Source of the DNA: Acidobacteriota bacterium
GTDB lineage: Bacteria; Acidobacteriota; Vicinamibacteria; Marinacidobacterales; Marinacidobacteraceae
Direction: 5' to 3'
Assembly: GCA_022826195.1 (NCBI GenBank)
Contig: JAJDVI010000017.1
Location: forward strand, 3,673-67,672
DNA: 64,000 nucleotides
Below are positions 38,227-46,100 of this stretch, piece by piece. The number at the start of each line of letters is the position of its first letter. The stretch's first letter is position 1. The position numbers and the translations under genes are program-made. The notes under the pieces were generated by a model. It searched no databases. It had not been told where the DNA came from and was given only the letters and a program-made list of their open reading frames with translations.

Positions 38227-38535
38227 GTGATGATGAAGAACATCACGGTATCCGTCGACGAGGAGACCTATCGGGCGGCGCGCATCGCCGCAGCGGAACG
38301 GGGCACCTCAGTCTCCGCTCTGGTGCGCGGCGCACTTGAGGAGATCGCCTCGAACCACGCAGGGGAGAGCCCGAACGAGGAGTTGCTGCGCACCCTGGAC
38401 GAGATCCGCGAGTCCATGATCGCCCGGGGCTCGAAGTTCTCGGCGGCCGACAACCTCCCGCGTGAAGAACTCTACGATCGGGAGGCCCGCCGCCGGGAAG
38501 ACGAAGCACAACTGAAGCGCCATGCGGTTCGTTGA
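38227..38535 (+). CDS. vapB: Type II antitoxin, ribbon-helix-helix (VapB/CopG-like)
   Basis: 102 aa, KNITVSVDEETYRAARIAAAERGTSVSALVRGALEEI. Overlaps the downstream PIN gene by 14 nt. The upstream region carries CTGTGA direct repeats and an imperfect palindrome (putative operator). Confidence 0.65.
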   Translation: MMMKNITVSVDEETYRAARIAAAERGTSVSALVRGALEEIASNHAGESPNEELLRTLDEIRESMIARGSKFSAADNLPREELYDREARRREDEAQLKRHAVR

Positions 38536-38929
38536 TACCAACGTACTGATCTACGCAGCCTGCCCGCCTCCGAACGACGTGGCCAAAGCCGAGCGGGCCG
38601 CGGAACTGTTGAGGACCGCGGACATCGCGCTCTCGGCCCAGGTACTCCAGGAGTTCTACGTTCAGGCGACGCGCGCCACTCGCCCCGGCGCCCTGACCCA
38701 CGACGACGCCCGGCGGATGGTCAGGAGTCTCCAACGCTTTCCAGTACAGCCAGTGACCGCGCAAGTCGTGAACGACGCGTTGGCGCTTCGGGAGCGATTC
38801 CAGATCAACTACTGGGACGCCGCAATTCTGGCAGCAGCACGTGTCGCTGGCTGCGACACCGTGTACACGGAAGACCTCAACGACGGACAGGACTACGACG
38901 GTGTGCGCGTGGTGAATCCCTTCGCCTAG
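38522..38929 (+). CDS. vapC: PIN-domain ribonuclease toxin
   Basis: MRFVDTNVLIYAA...QINYWDAAILAAARVAGCDTVYTEDLN shows canonical PIN acidic residues (D5, E~43, D~98, D~118). Confidence 0.75.
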   Translation: MRFVDTNVLIYAACPPPNDVAKAERAAELLRTADIALSAQVLQEFYVQATRATRPGALTHDDARRMVRSLQRFPVQPVTAQVVNDALALRERFQINYWDAAILAAARVAGCDTVYTEDLNDGQDYDGVRVVNPFA

Positions 38930-41241
38930 AACCGGAAGAGGCGGGTGAACTTGACGATGAACGACTGGGTGTTCAGTTCGGGGTATCCCGGGACCAGGGT
39001 GTCCCGGAGCGAGTTGTAGACCACGTAGAAGTCGCTGCCCGGCTCGTACTCCCAGCGGAAGCGGACGTTCGTGGAGAGGCTGCCGGCGGCGCTGTTGTAC
39101 TGGAGGAACGCCGCCAGGAAGCTGCGCGGCGAGACGGTGTAGTTGATGCGGGTGGCCAGCAGGTTGGTGTCGTAGTCGCCCTCGGGCAGCGCGATCCAGT
39201 TCGCGGAGACCATCGGCTCGACGGTCAGACGGGTCATGAGTTCGATCCGGCCGCGCCAGGCGAGTTCCCGGCGGGTGCCGGAGAAGAACCCGCCCTGCTG
39301 GTAGGCGAAGTTGCCCGAGACCGGGCGCTGGGGACCGGCCTGGTAGCTGAGCCGCACGTAGTCGAAGTCGTAGCTGCCGGGCGCCACCCCGAGTTCGTCG
39401 CTCAGCGAGAACGATTCGCTCAGCACCTCGCGGTTCCGGGCGGCGTTCACGTTGACGCTGTCCCCGTTCTCGAACTCCATGTCGTAGCGGAAGCCGAAGA
39501 TCCGGGTCTCGAGTTCGCCCTCGTTGTCGGTGGTGTAGTCCACGCTGCCGGTCCAGCCGACCTTGCGGAGCCAGGAGATCGAATGGGGCCGCGGGCTGAA
39601 ACGGGCCTCCGCGTAGTTCCGCTGGAAGTCCCGCCGGCGGAGGAACCCGATCCCCGGGTCGAACTCGTCCCCGACCACCAGCCGTTCCGCCTGTACGCCG
39701 TAGCGGTCGCCGTTGTAGTCGAGCTGACCCAGATAGCTGAGCCCGGTCGCGTCCTCGAGTTCGTTCTGGGTCCAGGCGGCGTAGCTCCGGATGTCCAGGT
39801 TCTCGAAGAAGCCGAAGCGGGCGTCCATCCCGTAGGCGAAGTTCCGGCCGAGGCCGCTCGCGGTGTGGGAACGGTAGGTCCCCATGACGCCCACGGTGCT
39901 GCGGTTCAGGACGTCGCGCTTCAGCCGGAAGACGGAGAAGTCCGTCTCCGGGGCGCCGGCGTCCGCGCTCTGGCCGCTGCGGATGGCGAGGGCGCCCACG
40001 TTGTAGTCGCCCAGCTTTCCGGTGACCCGGGCACCGCCCGCGATCGGAACCGCCTGGCCGTCCTCGATGCCGATGCGGCGGCTGAAGAAGAGCACGGGGG
40101 TGCTGCTCGGTGGGCCGAAGCTGCGGGTGGATCCCGGCGGCGCGCCGCGGCCCCCCGAGGCGCCGAAGTCGAAGATCCCCTGCCCCTCGAGGAAGAACTC
40201 GCGCTTTTCGGGGAAGAACAGGCTGAAGCGGGTGAGGTTGATCTGCTGCGTGTCGGCCTCGACCTGGGCGAAGTCGGTGTTCCAGGTGAGGTCGGCGGTG
40301 AGTCCGCTGGTGATGCCCACCTTGGCGTCCACCCCGAAATCGCCTCCGTAGTCGCGGTCGAGCGACCCGCTCTCGATTCGGGCCCCGGCCGAGTCGCCGA
40401 TGAGGTACGGCTTCACCTCGACGGTCCGGGAACTCGCCGGCGCCTCGAGGCCCACCAGGGTGCCCGCCGAACTGACCTTGGTGATCGCCCGCGGCCCGAG
40501 CGCCGCCGGGACCTGGGTGAAGTACGACATCTCGTTCTTCCACCGGACCACCCGGCGGAAGTTGATGCCCCAGACCTGCGGGCCGCCCCGGTCGTAGCGG
40601 AGCGTCTTGAACGGGATCCGCATCTCCACGGTCCAGCCGTTCTCGAAGCGCGCCGCCTTCGAATCCCAGACCGCGGTCCAGTCCCGGTTCACCCCCCGCT
40701 CGTCCACGATCAGTCCGTCGAAGAAGCCGCCGATCGGGTTCAGGTAGAAGAAGAAGGCGTTCCGGCGGTCGTAGAAGGTGTCCAGGATGACCGCGAGGTT
40801 CGCGTTGTTGAAGATGCCGAAGTTGTCCCGCCGCATTTCGGTGGCGACGATCCGGTCCGGCTGGCTGTCCCAGCACCGCCCGGCGACGTAGACGGCGTCG
40901 TCGTCGTAGAAGACCCAGACCTCGGTCTCCTCGGTGGCCGGCTCGCCTTCGAGCGGGAGCGCCTGGATGAAGCCGCCCACCCCCGGAACGCGGTCGTAGA
41001 TCCCGTCGTCGAGCCGTCCGTCGAGTTCGATGGGCTCGTCGATGCGGGTGGCGCGCATGGTGGCCCCGCCGAGATCGTCGCGGCGGACCATCTCGGGGAG
41101 TTCGGGGGGTGCGGGGCCGCGCACGGTGAAGGCGGGTTCGGGCGCCGAGCCCTGGTTGTCCTGGGCCTCCGGGAGTGCCGCGGACTGCGCCCACAGCGAG
41201 GGCGGCGCCAGCAGCGCGGCAGCGAGAACGAAGCGAACCAA
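38926..41241 (-). CDS. Array copy A: secreted CBM9/DOMON-like + C-terminal β-barrel protein (DUF5916-like architecture)
   Basis: Likely TTG start giving the signal peptide (M)VRFVLAAALLAPPSLWAQS. Conserved blocks: DGRLDDGIYDRVPGVGGFIQ, DTFYDRRNAFFFYLNP, TWNTDFAQVEAD, FFPEKREFFLEGQG, RFRWEYEPGSD. The C-terminus is ...FIVKFTRLFRF (terminal-Phe OM β-barrel signature). The ORF-track start at 41442 adds 67 non-signal residues. Confidence 0.6.
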   Translation of the reverse strand: MVRFVLAAALLAPPSLWAQSAALPEAQDNQGSAPEPAFTVRGPAPPELPEMVRRDDLGGATMRATRIDEPIELDGRLDDGIYDRVPGVGGFIQALPLEGEPATEETEVWVFYDDDAVYVAGRCWDSQPDRIVATEMRRDNFGIFNNANLAVILDTFYDRRNAFFFYLNPIGGFFDGLIVDERGVNRDWTAVWDSKAARFENGWTVEMRIPFKTLRYDRGGPQVWGINFRRVVRWKNEMSYFTQVPAALGPRAITKVSSAGTLVGLEAPASSRTVEVKPYLIGDSAGARIESGSLDRDYGGDFGVDAKVGITSGLTADLTWNTDFAQVEADTQQINLTRFSLFFPEKREFFLEGQGIFDFGASGGRGAPPGSTRSFGPPSSTPVLFFSRRIGIEDGQAVPIAGGARVTGKLGDYNVGALAIRSGQSADAGAPETDFSVFRLKRDVLNRSTVGVMGTYRSHTASGLGRNFAYGMDARFGFFENLDIRSYAAWTQNELEDATGLSYLGQLDYNGDRYGVQAERLVVGDEFDPGIGFLRRRDFQRNYAEARFSPRPHSISWLRKVGWTGSVDYTTDNEGELETRIFGFRYDMEFENGDSVNVNAARNREVLSESFSLSDELGVAPGSYDFDYVRLSYQAGPQRPVSGNFAYQQGGFFSGTRRELAWRGRIELMTRLTVEPMVSANWIALPEGDYDTNLLATRINYTVSPRSFLAAFLQYNSAAGSLSTNVRFRWEYEPGSDFYVVYNSLRDTLVPGYPELNTQSFIVKFTRLFRF

Positions 41242-41455
41242 GGGGCGGGAGAAGGGTGCGAAACCCGGTAGGCGGAACTCTACGTCGGGACCCGCGAGCG
41301 GTCGGGGAGCCCTCGGACACAATCCGGGGGCGCCACCCCCGCTCTTGAGCCCCACGCCGAGGCGGGAGCCACCTTTCCGGATGTGGTTGGAGCGTGCGCG
41401 GCGCGGAGCGCCGCGGTGCCGGTCTGGAGACCGGCGTTCCAAGCCGGCGCGCTGT

Positions 41456-43783
41456 TCAGAAACGGAAGAGGCGGGTGAACTTGACGATGAAGGACTGGGT
41501 GTTGAGTTCGGGGTAGCCGGGGGCGAGGGTGTCGCGGAGCGAGTTGTAGACCACGTAGAGGTCGCTGCCCGGTTCGTATTCCCAGCGGAAGCGGACGTTC
41601 GTGGAGAGGCTGTTCGCGGCGGTGTTGTACTGGAGGAACGCCGCGAAGAAGCTGCGCGGCGAGAGCGTGTAGTTGATCCGGGAGGCGATCAGGTTGGTGT
41701 CGTACTCGCCGGTCGGGAGGTCGATCCAGTTCAGCGAGACGGTGGGCTCGAGCGAGAAGCGCGTCGTCACCTCGACCCGGCCGCGCCACGCCGCCTCGCG
41801 GCGGGTCCCGGAGAAGAAGCCTCCCTGCTGGAAGGCGAAGTTGCCCGAGACGGGACGCTGCGGCCCCGCCTGGTAGGCGACCCGGACATGGTCGAAGTCG
41901 TAGGGACCCACCCCCACGCCGATCCCCGCGTCCTCGTCCAGAAAGAACTCCTCGCTCAGCACCTCCCGGTTGCGGGCGGTGTCCACGTTCAGCCGGTCCC
42001 CGTTCTCGAGTTCGACCTCCGTCTGCAGCTGGAGGATCCGGGTCTCCAGGACCGCCTCGTTGTCGGTGGTGTAGTCGATGCTGCCGGTCCAGCCGATCTG
42101 GCGCAGCCAGGAGATCGAATGCGGCCGGGGGCTGAAGCGCGCCTCGGCGTAGTTGCGCTGGAAGTCCCGCCGGCGCAGGAACCCGATGCCGGGATCGAAA
42201 CCGTCCCCGACCACGAGCCGTTCCGTCTTCAGCCCGTAGCGGTCGCCGTTGTACTCGAGCTGGCCGAGATAGCTCATCCCGGTCGCGTCCTCGAGCTCGT
42301 TCTGGGTCCAGGCCGCGTAGGACTGGATGGTGAGGTTCTCGAAGAAGCCGAAGCGGGCGTCCATCCCGTAGGCGAAGTTCCGTCCGAGGCCGCTGGCGGT
42401 GTGGGAGCGGTAGGTGCCCATGACGCCCACCGTGCTGCGGTTCAGGATGTCGCGCTTCAGCCGCAGGACCGAGAAGTCGGTCTCCGGCGCGCCGGCGGCG
42501 CTGTTGGCGCCGGTGCGGATCGCAAGCGCCCCGACGCCGAAGTCGCCGAGCTTGCCGGTCACCCGGCCGCCGCCGAGGATCGGCACCACCTGGCCGCCGG
42601 CGATCCCGATCTGGCGGCTGAAGAAGAGCACCGGAGTGCTGCTCGGCGGGCCGAAGCTGCGCGTGGACCCCGCGGGCGGGGCGCGGCTCGAAGTGCCGAA
42701 GCTGAAGGTCCCCTGCCCTTCGAGGAAGAACTCGCGCTTTTCGGGAAAGAACAGGCTGAAGCGGGTGAGATTGATCTGCTGGGCATCCGCCTCCACCTGG
42801 GCGAAGTCGGTGTTCCAGGTGAGATCGGCGATCAGGCCGCTGGTGATGCCGACCTTGGCGTCCACCCCGAAGTCGCCGCCGTAGTCCCGTTCCAGCCCGG
42901 CGGCGTCGGCGCGGATCCCCGCGGAGTCGCCGATCAGGTAGGGCTTGATCTCCACGGTCCGGGAACTCGCCGGCGCTTCGAGGCCCACCAGCGTCCCCGC
43001 CGAGCTGATCTTGGTGATGGCGCGGGGCCCGAGCGCCGTGGGGACCCGCGTGAGGTAGGACAGCTCGTTCTTCCAGCGCACGGTGCGGCGGAAGTTGATT
43101 CCCCACACCTGCGGGCCGCCGCTCGCGTAGCGGAGCGTCTTGAACGGGATCCGCATCTCCATGGTCCAGCCGTTCTCGAAGCGGGCCGCCCGCGAGTCCC
43201 AGACCCCGGTCCAGTCGCGGTTCGGGGGGTTCTCGTCCGCGATGAGGCCGTCGAAGAACCCGCCCAGCGGGTTCATGTAGAAGAAGAAGGCGTTCCTTCG
43301 GTCGTAGAAGGTGTCGAGGACGACCGCGAGGTTCTCGTTGTTGAAGATGCCGAAGTTGTCCCGCCGCATCTCGGTCGCCACCATGCGGTGGGGCTGGCTG
43401 TCCCAGTTCCGGCCGGCGATGTACACCGCCTCGTCGTCATAGAAGACCCAGACCTCGGTCGGCTCGGTGGCCGGTTCGCCCTCCAGCGGGAGCGCCTGGA
43501 TGAAGCCGCCGACCCCGGGCACCCGGTCGTAGATGGCGTCGTCGAGGCGGCCGTCGAAATCGAGCGGTTCGGTGAGGCGGGTGGCCCGCATGGTCGCTCC
43601 CCCGGCCTCGTCGCGCCGGACCATCTCGGGAAGCTCGGGAGGCGCGGGACCGCGTACGGCGGAGGCCGGGGCCGAGCCTTGACCGTCCTGATGCTCGGCG
43701 AGCTCGGCGGGCTGCGCCCCCAGCGGGGCCGGGCCGATCAGGGTGGCCGCGGCCAGGAGCAAACGGAACGCGGAGCGGGACAA
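41456..43783 (-). CDS. Array copy B: same family (very close paralog of A)
   Basis: 775 aa. ATG start with signal MSRSAFRLLLAAATLIGPAPLGAQP. Visibly ~85% identical to A over the N-domain. C-terminus FIVKFTRLFRF. Confidence 0.65.
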   Translation of the reverse strand: MSRSAFRLLLAAATLIGPAPLGAQPAELAEHQDGQGSAPASAVRGPAPPELPEMVRRDEAGGATMRATRLTEPLDFDGRLDDAIYDRVPGVGGFIQALPLEGEPATEPTEVWVFYDDEAVYIAGRNWDSQPHRMVATEMRRDNFGIFNNENLAVVLDTFYDRRNAFFFYMNPLGGFFDGLIADENPPNRDWTGVWDSRAARFENGWTMEMRIPFKTLRYASGGPQVWGINFRRTVRWKNELSYLTRVPTALGPRAITKISSAGTLVGLEAPASSRTVEIKPYLIGDSAGIRADAAGLERDYGGDFGVDAKVGITSGLIADLTWNTDFAQVEADAQQINLTRFSLFFPEKREFFLEGQGTFSFGTSSRAPPAGSTRSFGPPSSTPVLFFSRQIGIAGGQVVPILGGGRVTGKLGDFGVGALAIRTGANSAAGAPETDFSVLRLKRDILNRSTVGVMGTYRSHTASGLGRNFAYGMDARFGFFENLTIQSYAAWTQNELEDATGMSYLGQLEYNGDRYGLKTERLVVGDGFDPGIGFLRRRDFQRNYAEARFSPRPHSISWLRQIGWTGSIDYTTDNEAVLETRILQLQTEVELENGDRLNVDTARNREVLSEEFFLDEDAGIGVGVGPYDFDHVRVAYQAGPQRPVSGNFAFQQGGFFSGTRREAAWRGRVEVTTRFSLEPTVSLNWIDLPTGEYDTNLIASRINYTLSPRSFFAAFLQYNTAANSLSTNVRFRWEYEPGSDLYVVYNSLRDTLAPGYPELNTQSFIVKFTRLFRF

Positions 43784-43806
43784 GGCGGAAACTCTATGGC
43801 GGAACG

Positions 43807-46002
43807 TCAGAAACGGAAGAGGCGCGTGAACTTGACGATGAACGACTGGGTATCGAGTTCGGGATACCCCGGGATGAGGGTGTCCCGGAGCGAGTTGTAG
43901 ACGAGATAGAAGTCGCTGCCCGGCTGGTACTCCCAGCGGAACCGGACGTTCGTGGAAAGGCTGTTCGCGGCGCTGTTGTACTGGAGGAACGCGGCGAGAA
44001 AGCTCCGGGGAGAGAGGTTGTAGTTGAGCCGCGCGGCGACCAGCCGGGTGTCGTAAACCCCGCCCGGGAGGGTGATCCAGTTGAGGGAGACGGTCGGTTC
44101 CACGATGAAGTGGGGAATGACTTCGAGCCGGCCGCGCCAGGCGAGTTCGCGCCTCGTTCCCGAGAAGAACCCGCCCTGCTGGTAGGCGAAGTTTCCCGAG
44201 ACCGGCCGCTGGGGCCCGGCCCGGTAGCTGAGGCGGGCGGTGTCGAAGTCATGGGGGCCGACGGCCACCGCCAGTTCGTCCGCCAGCCGGAACTCCTCGT
44301 GGAGCACCTCGCGGTTCCGCGCCAACTGGAACTGGAAGCTGTCTCCGTTCTCCAGCTCGGCGTCGGACCGGAGAGCCAGGATCCGGGTTTCGAGATTCCC
44401 CTCGGTGTCGGTTGTGTAGTCGAGGCTGCCGGTGCCGCCGATCTTCCGCAGCCAGGCGATCGAGCGCGGCCGGGGGCTGAAGCGCGCCTCCGCGTAGTTG
44501 CGCTCGAAGTCCCGGCGCCGCAGGAAGCCGATCCCGGGATCGAAGCCCTCGCCGACCACCAGCCGCTCGAGCTGGAGCCCGTAGCGGTCGGCCTGGTAGT
44601 CGAACTGGCCGCGGTAACTCATGCCGGTCCGCTCTTCGTGCTCGTTCTTCGTCCAGGCCGCGTAGCTCCGGATGTCGAGGTTCTCGTAGAACCCGAAGCG
44701 CGCGTCCATCCCGTAGGCGGCGTTGCTCCCCAGACCGGCTCCCGTGTCGGAGCGGTAGGTGCCCATCATCCCGACCGTGCTGCGGCCGAGGATGTCCCGC
44801 TTCAGCCGGATCACCGAGAAGTCGGTTTCCCGGGCGCCCGCAGCGGCGCTCTCGCCGGACCGCATGGCGAGCGCGCCGACGCCGAAGTCACCGAGCTTCC
44901 CCGTCACCCGGGCGCCGCCGTGGATGGGCACCAACTGGTTCCCGGCGATCCCGATGCGGCGGCTGAAGAAGAGGAGCGGGACGCTGCTCGGCGCTCCGAA
45001 CCTGCGGGCCGAGGCGCGCGGCGTCCGCTCCGAGGTCCCGAAGGCGAAGAGTCCCTGTCCTTCCAGGAAGAACTCCCGCTTTTCGGGAAAGAAGAGGCTG
45101 AACCGGGTCAGGTTGATCTGCTGGGCGTCCGCCTCGACCTGCGCGAAGTCGGTGTTCCAGGTCAGGTCGGCGGTGAGCCCGCTGGTGATCCCGACCTTGG
45201 CGTCGACCCCGAAGTCGGAACCGAACTCCCGCTCGAATTGGATGTCCCCGGTCCGCGTCCCGGCGGCATCGCCGGTGAGGTACGGCTTCACCTCGACGGT
45301 CCGGGAGCTGGGCGGCGCCTCGAGGCCGACCAGGGTGGCGTAGGAACTCACCTTGGTGATCGACCAGATGCCGAGGGCGGCCGGGAGTTGGGTCAGGTAG
45401 GAGATCTCGTTCTTCCAGCGGACGACGCGGCGGAAGTTGATGCCCCAGACCTGCGGGCCTCCGCCGGGATAGCGGAGGGTCTTGAACGGAAACCGCAGTT
45501 CGGTCGTCCAGCCGTCCTCGAACCAGGCGGTCCGGGAGTCCCACACCGCGGTCCAGTCCCGGTTGAAGTTGCGTTCGTCGGTGATGAGGCCGTCGAAGAA
45601 CCCGCCGAGGGGGTTCAGGTAGAAGATGAAGGCGTTCCGGCGGTCGTAGAAGGTGTCGAAGGTGACGGCGAGGTGCTGGTTGAGCCAGATGCTCCCGTGG
45701 TCGCGCCGGAGTTCGTTGGCCACGATCCGGTGGGGCTGGGTGTCCCAGCAGCGTCCGGCGATGTAGATCGCCTCGTCGTCGAAAAAGACCCAGACCTCGG
45801 TCTTTTCGGTGGCCGGCGCTCCTTCGAGCGGCTCGGTCTGGATGAAATCACTGATGCCGGGAACCTGGTCGTAGATCGCCTCGTCGAGGCGTCCGTCGAA
45901 GTCGAGCGGCTCTTCGAGGCGAACGGCCCGGATGGTGGCGCCACCGAGGTTGTCGCGCCGGATCATGGCCGGGGGTTCGGGGGGCGCGGGGCCGTGGATC
46001 AC
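43807..46002 (-). CDS. Array copy C: same family (more divergent member of the A–C subclade)
   Basis: The ORF-track start is a GTG (VIHGPAPPE...). The in-frame upstream sequence LSRVPGLLGALAAGLVSAPPLAGGQ looks like the real signal peptide. The true start may therefore be a non-ATG codon near 46104, overlapping the stop of copy D. C-terminus FIVKFTRLFRF. Confidence 0.55.
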   Translation of the reverse strand: MIHGPAPPEPPAMIRRDNLGGATIRAVRLEEPLDFDGRLDEAIYDQVPGISDFIQTEPLEGAPATEKTEVWVFFDDEAIYIAGRCWDTQPHRIVANELRRDHGSIWLNQHLAVTFDTFYDRRNAFIFYLNPLGGFFDGLITDERNFNRDWTAVWDSRTAWFEDGWTTELRFPFKTLRYPGGGPQVWGINFRRVVRWKNEISYLTQLPAALGIWSITKVSSYATLVGLEAPPSSRTVEVKPYLTGDAAGTRTGDIQFEREFGSDFGVDAKVGITSGLTADLTWNTDFAQVEADAQQINLTRFSLFFPEKREFFLEGQGLFAFGTSERTPRASARRFGAPSSVPLLFFSRRIGIAGNQLVPIHGGARVTGKLGDFGVGALAMRSGESAAAGARETDFSVIRLKRDILGRSTVGMMGTYRSDTGAGLGSNAAYGMDARFGFYENLDIRSYAAWTKNEHEERTGMSYRGQFDYQADRYGLQLERLVVGEGFDPGIGFLRRRDFERNYAEARFSPRPRSIAWLRKIGGTGSLDYTTDTEGNLETRILALRSDAELENGDSFQFQLARNREVLHEEFRLADELAVAVGPHDFDTARLSYRAGPQRPVSGNFAYQQGGFFSGTRRELAWRGRLEVIPHFIVEPTVSLNWITLPGGVYDTRLVAARLNYNLSPRSFLAAFLQYNSAANSLSTNVRFRWEYQPGSDFYLVYNSLRDTLIPGYPELDTQSFIVKFTRLFRF

Positions 46003-46100
46003 GCGAGCGGGCGCCGGCTGCTCCTCCGGCTGGCCGCCGGCCAGCGGCGGCGCCGAGACCAGTCCGGCGGCGAGGGCGCCAAGCAGCCCGGGAACGCGAC

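Noticed and set aside
38243-41320. 1025-aa minus-strand ORF
   Set aside because: It is an alternative frame overlapping vapBC (antisense) and array copy A. Extremely Arg/Gly-rich.
41242-41442. N-terminal 67-aa extension of array copy A in the ORF track
   Set aside because: The extension has no signal-peptide character. An in-frame TTG gives a canonical signal peptide matching the paralogs.
41030-43900. 956-aa plus-strand ORF and similar long plus ORFs (44110..46314, 46500..48212, 48581..51046, 51293..53782, 53803..56168)
   Set aside because: All are antisense to the paralog-array genes. Only the 56169-56769 tail of the last one lies in otherwise unassigned DNA, and that tail was kept as a separate hypothetical gene.
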